A DNA stretch of 61,251 nucleotides, filler included, from Thelocarpon superellum (taxonomy: Eukaryota), in NCBI GenBank assembly GCA_026025795.1. It is 3 parts of 3 records of this genome, joined end to end, with 100 filler letters (N's around TTAATTAATTAA, not from the genome) between each part and the next. Parts side by side here need not be neighbours in the genome. Positions count along the whole stretch, not along the records: positions 20,534 to 40,851 come from JAPEUG010000327.1; positions 40,952 to 61,251 come from JAPEUG010000328.1; 1 more part is not named here. One strand, given 5' to 3'. Below are positions 35,579 through 46,359 of the stretch, in pieces. The position numbers were made by a program, and so were the translations under genes. Below the pieces are notes generated by a model. That model was not told the origin of the DNA and made no database searches. It worked only from the letters and a program-made list of their open reading frames with translations. Position 1 is the first letter of the stretch. Every line of letters begins with the position of its first letter.

Positions 35579-38286
35579 ATGCCCTCCGCCATTGTCCCGC
35601 GGGGCAGCCTGGAGGCTGCAGTGCAGCAGGTGGGCCACCCGCATCGCGAGTCAGGTCTCGATGGAATATGCCGTGGCTAACCATCTTCCCCAGATCATAC
35701 TGACTCCCGCCGACGCCGACTACATCGACCAGCTCGTCCCCGCCATCAAGAAGGCCAGTTACTCCAATCATGCGTCACAGCTCATCCAGTCTCTCTCCGA
35801 AGTCGCCGATGCGCGCGAGGCCGATATCGAGCAGATGTGTAATACCAATCACCAGGACTTCGTCACTTCGGTAAACCAGCTGCTACATATGCGCGAGGGC
35901 ACAGTCAACTTGACCTCGGAGATACTCAACCTGAATCAGGCCATCCAGACCAGCACCGAGAAGCTTGCCGAACGTAAGAAAGCCTTGGTCGAATCGCGCG
36001 GCGTGCGGCAGAACATCGACGAGGCCACCCAGGCCCTCAGGGATTGCCTGGAGGTGCTCCGACTGGCCAATCATGTGCACGAGCTGCTAGCCAAGAAGAA
36101 CCACTACGGTGCCTTGCGGGCATTGGATGAGCTGCAGACGGTGCATCTCAAGGAGATCACGCAGTACAAGATCGCCGAGATGATCCAGGACTCGGTCCCC
36201 GCCACACAGAAGCTCATCGCCGAGGCTGTCATGGTCGACCTCAATACCTGGCTCTATCGCATCCGCGAGACCTCGCAGTTCCTCGGCGAAGTCGCCTTCT
36301 ACTATACCAAGATGCGACGCGATCGACAGAAGGAACGAGTGGAGAAAAGTGCACATCTGGCCCCATTCAAGCTGAACTCGCCCATCGAGCTTGTCTCGGA
36401 CGAAAGCGTCGAATTCGACGTGCTGGACAACGATGAGGTCCAAGTGGACTTTACCCCCTTGTTTGAATGCATGCACATCCACGCCGCGCTGGGCCAGAGT
36501 GCCAAGTTTCGTGCCGAGTATGCAGCGACGCGTCGACGGCAGAAAGAGCTCCTGTTGCCCGCGTCCATCTCGGTGGCGGACGACGAAGATTTCAGCTTGA
36601 GTGGCCTGCTCGAGGGCATCGCGGGCTTCGCCATTGTCGAGCGAGCGACGATGAAGAAGACGCAGAACTTGCGCTCGACCGTGGACGTAGATGAGCTGTG
36701 GGATTCCATGTGTCAGAGTGCCATTGCCCTCATCTCCAAGGCCCTGAATGACGTCGACAACGCCGAAGTGCTTCTGAAGATCAAAGGCGTGATTGCCTTG
36801 TTCATCCAGACCATGGACGTATGTCTGAGCAATCCGTTCCCTTGTCCGGCTGTCGCTCGCAACTGACCTCCTCGCAGGGCTGGCACTACTCTGTCGCCGC
36901 CTTGGATAACTTCTTGTTGACGCTGTTCGAGAAATATGCGGAACTGCTCAAGCGACGCTTCAGCGACGATTTCCAAGAGATCGTGTCGACCGACGATTAC
37001 ATGCCCATGCCAATCAACAATGTGGACGAGTACGACAAGGTAGTCAACGTTAGCTGGTACGAACCCGACAAGGATCGGGCGGAGCTCAAGTCAGTGAAGC
37101 ACAAGATCCCTCCCCTTCACGGGATACTGACCCTCCAGGTTTCCCAACGTCCTGCCCTTCTCGCAGATGTACCCTCTCTGTTGTATCGATATCCGAAACT
37201 TCCTCAATCAGTTCTACTTCTTCTCCGACGACCACTTCCAGCATCCCAGTGTAATAGATGAGACGCTGAAGAGGGTACGAATGGTCTTGGGCCCAGTCTC
37301 CATCGACACGGCTGACAAGGATTCTAGTCGTTGGACGAGCTCCTCACGCAGAAAGTATGCAAATCCCTCGTCGAGCGCCTCAGCTCGCAATACCTCGGTC
37401 AGATCGTGCAGATCCTCATCAATCTCGAACACTTTGAGGTAGCATGCCAAGAGCTCGAGCAGCTCCTCGTCGCGGCACGCTCGTCGACTTCAGTAGGTGG
37501 GCCGATTGTCCTTGCCGCCACCGAAGCCTTTCGAAGTAACAAAAAGACGGCGGAAAAACGAATCTTTGAATTGGTCAACTCCAAGATTGATGATTTGATT
37601 GGAACCGCGGAATATGACTGGTACGATGCGCTTTCAGGAAGTGCCTCACGACGGATCCTGGGACCCCTACTGACGCTTGCTTTCTAGGATGGCTCTAACG
37701 CTGGAGACTGAACCCAGCAACTACATGCAGACACTGACACGATATCTGTCCAACATCATGAACTCGACCCTGCTTGGCCTTCCCAGAGAGATCAAGGAGC
37801 TCATCTACTTTGATGCCCTCAGCCACGCGGCGGAGTCTATCCTGGTAGCCTACGACTCGCTCTCCATAGATTGACATGCGTGCTGACGGTCGCGTAGGCT
37901 CTCCCGCTGTCGGCGGAGGTCAAGAAGATCAACCCGAATGGCGTGGCGGCCCTGGCCAAGGACGTTCGATACCTAGCCACCTTCGTCGACGGCCTCGACG
38001 TGCCCATCCTGCGCGAGAACCTAGACGAGCTCCAGCAGACCATCCAGCTGATGCAGTCTGACAACGCGGACGAGTATTATGACGTGTCGACGCGCAATAA
38101 GAAATACGGCCGCGTCGACGCCATGAACGGTCCGATCCTCTTGGAGAAGTAAGACACCTTGGATCGAAGCTTCAGCAAAACCGGCTAACTACCTTCCCTA
38201 GGCTCACGCACACCGTGCAACGCGCACCGAGTCAGACGAAAACGGATGCCTTTAGCACCCTGTCCTCGAGATTCGGCATGAAATGA
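35579..38286 (+). CDS. SEC15: Exocyst complex component Sec15
   Basis: Start 'MPSAIVPRGSLEAAVQQ|IILT..DYIDQL'; 'IEQMCNTNHQDFVTSV', 'VDFTPLFECMHIH', 'IVSTDDYMPM', 'PFSQMYPLCC', 'FELVNSKIDDL', 'RNKKYGRVD'. Final exon ends 'SSRFGMK*' at 38286. Confidence 0.95.
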
Positions 38287-38568
38287 CCGCCCGGTCCCCC
38301 TACATCGTCGGCACGAGACGTTGCGACCATCTGCCTTGCGCATGGGAGGTGTCGGGCAATGGGTTGATCTCAAGACACTCAGACGCGATGGTGTTCCTGG
38401 TCTCGTTCCACGAGACCTGACATGCCCTAGGAGCAATCCCATTCCCACGGTGGCGCGTACGCCGGCAACCCATTGTGACGCCAGATAGATCCACATGGAC
38501 ACGCCCTACTGTACACAGCGGCCTTTGACCAGCTCTGCTCCACCCCCCCTTTATCACGCAGTTGCCAT

Positions 38569-40071
38569 TTATCCGACTTCATAGTCTCGTTCACCTTCGG
38601 CGTCAGCGTCGCCTTCACCACCATCATGTCGTTGGTAGGTATGTGCGGGGTCTTGGCCGGCGGAAGGATCCTGGCCTCGCTGGCTCATCTGGTACATCTG
38701 TTGAGGATCATGAGCTGGGCGTTTCAGGCGCGATGGAGGGTAGTGGGTCTGGGATGTTGACTTACTTGTTGCGGGGCCATCTGCGGGTAGCTATACATAT
38801 TCTCCATCTCCGGGTACATTTGCTGTTGAGGCTGGCCGTAGGGACCGCCAGGGCCGGGTTGGACGGGACCGGAGTACAGACCACCTTGTTGGCGGTAGTC
38901 CTGCTCCTGCGCCATGCCATGGGCCCCGAGAGCGTAATCTGGTGGAGGCATGGCGTGCTGCTGTGCAGAGTGCGCTTGCTGCTGCTGCTGCTGCTGCTGC
39001 TGCTGGGCTTGCTGCTGCTGAGGAATGGCGCCTTGTTGTGGGGGAAGCTGGCCCGCGGCGCCGCTGGCCGCCACTTGCTGTCCGCCCGGGGCGCCACCGG
39101 CTTGGGCAGTGGTACGCTTGGTCTGAGCGGCGGCCTCTTCCCGGGGCACGATGTCGATGAGGAAATCAAACATGTCGGATTTGGCCAGGGCGGAAGCGAT
39201 GTCGGAGCGTTGCAGTGTGCGTCGTTTATTCTCCTCGGCGTGGATCCAGGCGCGCATGGTCAACTCGGTGATGAAAATGTCGCAGCCCTTGGCGAACAGA
39301 ATGGGCGCCTCGGCCGAGATCATCTTCACCTCCGGATCGGCCTTCATCACCTTCTTTATGCGCGCCAGCGGTAACTGATGCAGCTTGTAGTCATGCGCCT
39401 CGTTTTCCAGGTGGTGAATGATCTGTTGCCAATAGGTCGTGAGGATGTCGCGGTAGTTGCCGTGAAGGCCTTGGTTCACCTATGGAGGAGACGAGGAGGC
39501 ACGGGTTAGCACAGCGTTTCATGTCTGCGGCCGCCCACGTGGGGCGGGCGGGTGGACGCCGCGGTCCGTGATGGCATTGCGGCAGGGGAGACTCACGTTG
39601 GCCCACGCTCCGCTGTACAGCTCCGGCACGGGCGCATACCCGCGTCCTGATAGCTAGCGGCCGATACGTCAGTGGGTTCGCGCCCGACGGACGGGTGGAC
39701 GGTCGGTAGCTCACCGCGGCGCTGGCGCCTACAAGTCATACCAGGTCAGCGTGATCCATCCCTTTCTAGCGATGACCGGGAGGGGAGTCGTGTGGGGAGA
39801 GAAGGGAGCCGGAAGCAGGGGTAAGGGAGGGAGAAGGATGGCGCGGCAACCGTGACCGTGACCGTGACCGGGGTCGTGTTCGTGGCCGCCGCCGCGACCG
39901 CGACCGCAACGGTGTTCGCGAAGGGCAAAAGCAGATGTCTGAGACACGGGGCGGGGCCGACGAAGCAAACGTACCATAGTGTCCGACGGTAGTGATGTCG
40001 TAAACCGGCTGCTGGCGTTGTTGCTGCTGTTGCTGCCCGTGCGATGAGCCCGGAGGGTTCTGGGGGTCCAT
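38569..40071 (-). CDS. HAP5: CCAAT-binding complex subunit NF-YC (Hap5/HapE), 5 exons including a 14-nt exon
   Basis: Histone fold '[62 protein letters not shown]...[12 protein letters not shown]'. Exons 40071-39975, 39728-39715, 39653-39597, 39479-~38767 and a last exon to 38569. Two polyQ tracts. Confidence 0.95.
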
Positions 40072-40457
40072 TGTTCACAAGATGTCCGGGTGTCGCGTCT
40101 CTCGTCTTCCCGCACGCCCGTTCGCACCAGGTGTGCAGGCCGGCCGCTGCTGCTGCTGTCCTTCCTTTGCGGCTTCTTCTTCTTGTTCTTCTTTCTCGGT
40201 CCCTTCTTCTTCCGCGTTGATCGTGCTGCGTCGACGTCGGGCGTCTGCGCCGCGCTTCTTCTGCCTCGTCTGCTGCGCTTTCTCTTCTCTTCTACGGTCG
40301 ATGCGAGCGGTGTCACGATGCACAATTGTGGTTTCCACGTTGCGTCAATGTCTCCACATATGGCGGGTCTAAATGGGAGGATGGCAAAAATCCTCCGATC
40401 GAGGGTGAGACGGGGATGAGAGGCAAGGTGGCGGTGAGGTGTCAGGGTTGGTGCCCG

Positions 40458-40484
40458 ATGGGATGGGATGGGATGGGATGGGAT
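40458..40484. repeat. (GGGAT)n pentanucleotide microsatellite upstream of HAP5
   Basis: atgggatgggatgggatgggatgggat read directly. Confidence 0.85.
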
Positions 40485-40851
40485 AGTCGGTGAGATTTTT
40501 CCGTGTAGACCTGCACGCTCAGGCGCAGAGACGCATGGACCGCCGCAGTCGTTGTGGTATGGTAGCGCAAGCCTCGTCCTGCAGCTTCGCCCGGCAGGGT
40601 ACTTGCTAGCTTGTCCGGAGACCGGGGGCCGGACGCGTGTGAGATAGCAAGGCGAAGGCTGCAGTAGCACGTGGGGTCAGGATGCCGCGGCAGCAACAGC
40701 TGCTGCTCTTTCGCTCTTCGCTGCCGTCAATAGTGACGACTTCAGTGATGATGGACCCGCTCGGGTTCTGCACGAGGCCGGAAACGGAGGATGCATGCGC
40801 CTCCGCCACGCGATGATCCGGCGCCTTTCGCAGCGGTGCGTCTCTGCAGCT

Positions 40852-40951
40852 NNNNNNNNNNNNNNNNNNNNNNNNNNNNNNNNNNNNNNNNNNNNTTAAT
40901 TAATTAANNNNNNNNNNNNNNNNNNNNNNNNNNNNNNNNNNNNNNNNNNNN
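40852..40951. other. Artificial contig-join spacer (44 N + TTAATTAATTAA + 44 N)
   Basis: Identical to the spacer at 20434-20533; linker at 40896-40907. Confidence 0.97.
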
Positions 40952-42537
40952 TGCTCGCTACCACCGATCGATGCCGCGGCGGGACAAGCGAGGGAGGCTG
41001 CCGCAGAAGCGACGTACCAGCTGCTGGTGTTCCTTGGGTCGGTACGAGTGACTCTGCGGCGGACGGGCTACTCCTCCTCCGAAAGGCAAGTGCCACGGCA
41101 AGTGGCCACTGAACACTGTCCCGAAGATTGGCGCGGGTCACCATCGGCACCAACTGGCCAACGGGGTGGACGGTGACAGGGTCGGGCGACGTATACTACA
41201 CGAGTACGGACCAGAAACATACTCGTCTGGGACGTGTACAGGTACGAGGATGCTGTGGGCACGCTTGCAAAGCTTGGTCGCGGTGTGTGGCAAACACGGG
41301 ACAACGAGGCCGCAAAGCGATATCCGATCGGGCCCATGACAGATGTTGGACCATGAACGCACCGGACGAGTATGCTCGTGCTAGGGTGCGATGGCGATTG
41401 TGCCGCATGGATGAGGAATGATGCAGACCTGGATCGGTACTTGCGCGCTGGTCTCCGGCTTTCTCAGCCACTCGCTGCAGTTGCTGCGGTTGCTGCACTC
41501 ATGGGCATGGGTGCGCGAGGTGTAGGGCGCAGGCGACCAGGGGGGCAGCTTGGAGGGTGGGTGGCCGCTATCGAATGACGCTCGCCAGCCGTGCCAGAGC
41601 TTGATAGCGCCCCAGCGCCCCAGCGCCCAGCGACCGTCCCCCACCGAGCTCGCCAACCTCATTCCCCCCCCTGACCCTTGACCGCTCCATTGGACGAATC
41701 AGCGGGCCTCACCACCGGCCACCGCCCACCGCCCACCGGCCACCGCCGCCGGTCGCGCCTGGCGGCCAAGTCTATCCGAAGCCGAGTCCGGCGCCCAGCG
41801 ACCAAGCCTTTTTCTTTCGTTGCAGACCCTGCCGAAACCCCCCGGCCGCCGTGCGAGGGGGAGAATGAACGGGGAGGGTCGAAAAGAAGGTCGACCATGA
41901 CGACCAAGCCGACCTCGACGACCAATGAGTGGTCCAGCGTGGTGCGAGGTGGGCCCCGACTCCGCTGCACGGCAGCTTAGTTGTACGCTTAGATGGGACT
42001 ATGGGGCACGCCAGCGCCCGCACCACATGGCAGCCGTCCGGATGGCCGCCCCCGGACGTGGATCCTGTCCGGGTGCGCCTTCGCCTTGGCCTTCGCCTTC
42101 GCCACCGCGTTGCAGGTAGAGGAGTACGAGCGCTCGTATCGTAGGGATCTCTCGCCGCATCGCATCGCCCACACCTTTTCTTCAATTTCCTCTGCCTGCG
42201 TCGGGGTGGCGACGACGATTGGCAGCCTCACTTCCTCCTTCTCCCTCCCCATCATCCTCACGTCGACGCTGACGTTGATGCGCGCTCTCCGTCACTTGTG
42301 CAACCGAGTACCGACTGATTCACCCAATCGCCCATTCACCGCTGGGATCGGCAGTGATCCTCCCCTCCGCTCGCTTGTTCGCAGCGGTAACCGGAACCCG
42401 GAGCCAGGAGCTGCCCGGACCAGATCCTCGGGTACTCCTGACATCGACGCCCCCGCTCACCACGGCGTCAGCGTCGCCGTCAGCGTTCGCGTCCGGGTCC
42501 GGGTCTGCGTCAGGACCGCTCGCCGCGCCCGACCATC

Positions 42538-44916
42538 ATGTATTTCCGTCGACGACGTCCCAAGTCCAACTTCTCCGTCCTGCGTCGGGGCCGCGAGCAG
42601 CATGACGGTCTCCGGACCGAGCCCGCCCTCGTCCGTTCCCCAAGCTCCGTCGTGGGTGAGATGGAGGGCGCGCGATCAAGCAAGAGGCAGTCCGTGCAAG
42701 CCAGCTCCCGCCGCCGCGGCCAGGATGTCGCGGGCACCACGACCCATCTCCTACCCCTCACCGACGCCGAAGAATTCGATCAGCGCCTGTTCGAGGCGGA
42801 GGTGTTGTGTCTCCGCAACGGCCTGACCGAGTTGACCATGGACGACACCTACCTGCGCGAGGCCGCCGAGGTCGGCTGTGCCTGGCCCTCGTCGCCGACG
42901 CCCAAGACCGCGTCCGCCGACGCCCTTCTCTCCGCCTCCGAATCCTCGGATACGCTGGCCACGGAACACCTCCCGTCGGGCTCCACCTCCCGTGCCTCGC
43001 ACTCCACCGGCATCACCTCCCGCCTCTCCACCGACCAAGGGGCCGACGAAGTGACCAAGTCGCCCGCGTCCGGGTCGGTGAAGGCGGCCTCGACCTCCGG
43101 CCCCGTCCAGCCCCAAATCCGCAAGTCGCTCTCCTTCACCGACTACGAACGCTTTCTCGCTCAGGCCCAGGCCCAGGCGTTGAGCAAGAAGCCCCGTCGG
43201 GGGGCGTCGCGCCCACCGACCGTCGCCGTGGGCCTGCGCTCACCCCCCCCGGACCCGGACGCGGCCGACACGGCGCCCTCGGTCTTCTCCACCTCGTCGC
43301 GCCGGTCCCGGCACAGCCTGCGTCGACGGCTCCGCCGCTTCTCCGCCTTTCGCACGTCGAAGATGGTGGTGGATGAGATCAGGTCGTGCGTGTGCTGTCG
43401 CGATGACTTCCAGCGGAGCAAAGCCTTGCACCATCTGCCCTGCAGCCACAGCTACTGCGACGCCTGTCTGCGCGTGCTGGTCACGCAGGCCATGCAAGAT
43501 GAGTCCAAGATGCCGCCGCGGTGCTGCAAGAAAGCCGTGCCCGGGGCCGTGGTCAAGACGCTGCTCGATGCGGAAGAGCAGCAGCAGTTCATGAAGCGGG
43601 TGCTGCAGTACGGTACGCCGTGGGAGCATCGGATGTTCTGTCCCAACGCCGGATGCGGCGACTTCATCCCGACCCAGACCATCCACGATCCCCAACATCC
43701 CTTGGACGTCATCTGTACCAGCTGCGACACCGTCGCCTGTAAGCAATGCCGACGGGAAGCCCACGTGACGGGCGAGGATTGCCCGGCCGACTGGGAACTC
43801 GACGCCGTGCTGCAGATGGGCGAGAACCAGGGGTGGCGACGGTGCTACAAATGCCGGACCCTGGTCGAGCTGACCGCCGGCTGCAGCCACATGACGTGTC
43901 GATGCAAGGCGCAATTCTGCTACATCTGTGGAAGCGTCTGGGACGCGGACGTCGGCTGCCCCAACTTCTGCGCCGGCGAGGAAGAGCTCGAGCGTCGACG
44001 GGCCACGGCAGAGGAGCGACGGGCGCGCGAAGAAGGCGAAGCCGCCGGCCGAGAAGCCGCCGCGGCGAGGCGCGCCACCGAGACCCGCGAGGCGGCCGCG
44101 CGGAGTGCGGTGAGCACGGAGCTACAGCAGCTCCGGGCTCTGCAAGAAGAGGAGATGGATCGATTCCTGGGCTTTGAGCAGAAGCAGAATTGGTTGATGT
44201 GGACCCGGCACGGGAAAGAGAAGCTGGAGGCCCTGGACGCACGCACGGCGCTGGAGCGAGCGATGAAGGAGAAGGTGAGCGCACTCGAGATGCCGTCCTG
44301 CGTGCGGACCGCGCTAACCGGCGTGCAGCACATTGACACGGCCAACATGCTCGAGGACCGGCAGGTGGCGGCGGAGATGGAGCTGCGCGAAGCGTTGGTG
44401 CAGGAGCACAAGTCCTGCACCGTACGACTGCGGCACATGGAAGCATACTGTGACCGGGTGAACACGCGAGGCCTCTTCCCGGACCGCGTCATCACCGACC
44501 GGGACCTGCGAGAACTCGGGCAGCAGTACAATCTGCGCAACGACATGGATCGACTGCACCAATCGCGCATCAACGTGCTGCGCGACAAACAAGCTCAGCA
44601 GCTCGAGACCCTGGGCAAGCGACAGGACGAACACCTGCAGCAGACGCGGCGCACCTTCACTGCCGAGCTTCGTGCGCTGGAAGAGCGCATCGCGCGCGAA
44701 GAGAAGGGCTTCACCGTGGTGTTTGGACAGCGCAAGGAGCGCCTCAGCAAGCGGTGGGCGGGCGCCGCGGAGATTTTGCGCAAGAAACTCGAGGAGCGGG
44801 ATGGCGTGGCGTACGGGCCGCTCCCGCGCCTCGAATGGCTCTTCCCCGGCGCATCCTCCTCGGCCTCGACGCCTCCGCCTGTCATGTCCAAGACAACGTC
44901 GTGGGTTTTGATCTAG
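42538..44916 (+). CDS. RBR (RING1-IBR-RING2) E3 ubiquitin ligase with C-terminal coiled coil
   Basis: RING1 'CVCC...PCSHSYCDAC...PPRCC'; IBR 'FCPNAGC...CTSC...CKQC...H...C'; RING2 'RCYKC...GCSHMTCRCKAQFCYICG'. In-frame intron near 44274-44327. Start codon uncertain. Confidence 0.92.
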   Translation: MYFRRRRPKSNFSVLRRGREQHDGLRTEPALVRSPSSVVGEMEGARSSKRQSVQASSRRRGQDVAGTTTHLLPLTDAEEFDQRLFEAEVLCLRNGLTELTMDDTYLREAAEVGCAWPSSPTPKTASADALLSASESSDTLATEHLPSGSTSRASHSTGITSRLSTDQGADEVTKSPASGSVKAASTSGPVQPQIRKSLSFTDYERFLAQAQAQALSKKPRRGASRPPTVAVGLRSPPPDPDAADTAPSVFSTSSRRSRHSLRRRLRRFSAFRTSKMVVDEIRSCVCCRDDFQRSKALHHLPCSHSYCDACLRVLVTQAMQDESKMPPRCCKKAVPGAVVKTLLDAEEQQQFMKRVLQYGTPWEHRMFCPNAGCGDFIPTQTIHDPQHPLDVICTSCDTVACKQCRREAHVTGEDCPADWELDAVLQMGENQGWRRCYKCRTLVELTAGCSHMTCRCKAQFCYICGSVWDADVGCPNFCAGEEELERRRATAEERRAREEGEAAGREAAAARRATETREAAARSAVSTELQQLRALQEEEMDRFLGFEQKQNWLMWTRHGKEKLEALDARTALERAMKEKVSALEMPSCVRTALTGVQHIDTANMLEDRQVAAEMELREALVQEHKSCTVRLRHMEAYCDRVNTRGLFPDRVITDRDLRELGQQYNLRNDMDRLHQSRINVLRDKQAQQLETLGKRQDEHLQQTRRTFTAELRALEERIAREEKGFTVVFGQRKERLSKRWAGAAEILRKKLEERDGVAYGPLPRLEWLFPGASSSASTPPPVMSKTTSWVLI

Positions 44917-45237
44917 TCTCGCTTTCTCGTCATGGCAAATCCATCACCACCATCATCAGCATCATGACCACCAACCGCCACCCACCACTTCTACAAGGTC
45001 TCTTTGCGCACGCGCGCAAGCACCATGATCCATGACACGAGTCCATTCACTTTAGTTTGAGATCAGTTAACAGACGTGATTTTGCGTTGGAGAAAACGAG
45101 GCGATGAGGCGTTATGATTGCTTGTGCTCTTGCGACTGCAATGATATCTGTCTCTGGTCGCCTATGGTCCTCTCTCTCCCTTTGATAGGTAGATTTGATG
45201 TGCTGTGATGTGATCTCAGGATGGCTGGCCATGTCTT

Positions 45238-45321
45238 GCGTTGTGAGGTTTGCGTTGTGAGGTTTACGTTGTGAGGTTTGCGTCGTGAGGTTTGTGTTGT
45301 GAGGTTTGCGTTGTGAGGTCT
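45238..45321. repeat. Minisatellite, 6 copies of 14-mer GCGTTGTGAGGTTT
   Basis: Units start at 45238, 45252, 45266, 45280, 45294 and 45308 with single substitutions. Confidence 0.92.
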
Positions 45322-45832
45322 GCATCTCGCTCGGTTTCCAGATACCCATCCCTACCCTCCTTTCCCTTCCTACATTCTTGAGTGGCCTGTACTGATTCTT
45401 CTTCATCCCCCTTTTCCTGTTCATCATCACAGCCCCCGCTTCTTCCACCACATGGTGTGTGTATACAGACAGACAGACATGCTCACACACACACATACAC
45501 ACATACATTTGAATCCATCCATCATTATCCCTTCCCCTACTCTCTCGCTGTCTCCCCACATCAGCCACTTCACAATCTTGAGCTCTTCCATGGACGGAAA
45601 CAGACGTTTCACCTTCTTGCGTCCTTGGCGACTTGTGTTTGGTATCCGTACGGTGGATTAGGTTGCTGTAAGGTTGACGTGACTCATCCATCAATCAATC
45701 AGATACGCCCCGTCTCTGTATCCTTCCATGCCCTGCTCATATTGGACTGTGTATATGTATTGCGTGGTAAAAGCCAGGGTAAGCCAAGTCAAGCTAATGA
45801 TATATATGTTGCGTTGTGTAGATACAAGTCCA

Positions 45833-45885
45833 GCGAGCAAGCAAGCAAGCAAGCAAGAAACAAGCAAGCAAGCAAGAAACAAGCA
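45833..45885. repeat. Imperfect (GCAA)n microsatellite within a microsatellite-dense intergenic/3'UTR zone
   Basis: gcgagcaagcaagcaagcaagcaagaaacaagcaagcaagcaagaaacaagc; nearby (CA)n at ~45485 and (TGCATG)n/(TATG)n at ~45930-45960. Confidence 0.85.
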
Positions 45886-46359
45886 CGCAGTAAGGATAAG
45901 AGAAGTCTATAGGTAGATGTATGTGTACGTGCATGTGCATGTGCATGTATGTATGTATGTCGTGGGAGCAAAAGGGTGGTATCTGGCAGTAAAACACCAC
46001 AGAACAAAACAGAACACAACCCAAGTATCCGCCCACGCCCTGCCCTGCCATCGCCATCGTGTATTCCCACCATGCTGTGCCATGCTATGCCCGCCCGTGC
46101 TGATGCTGATGCCCTGCGCACACGACCGTGCTTCCAAACTCCAGCCCAGTGTGACAAGAATGAAATGAACCGAAAGAACAAGACACGAGATCACAGTCCG
46201 CCGCCCACGCATGAGTACTGTCGAGATCGCCGCCGAGCGCACATGATACAAGGATGGATGGCAAGGAGAGCAAGAGGAAAAGAATCCAGAGAGGCGGAGA
46301 GAGAGGTGGACATGCAAAGGGAGAGATGTGCAAGGCGGGAGTGTGCAAAGACCGAGCGG

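Noticed and set aside
40952..42537. ORFs upstream of the RBR ligase (e.g. 41993-42826)
   Set aside because: Low-complexity and repeat-derived translations; likely promoter/5' UTR, though an extra RBR 5' exon cannot be excluded.
45238..45321. CRISPR-like appearance of the 14-bp repeat
   Set aside because: Head-to-tail units without spacers, eukaryotic context and no cas genes.
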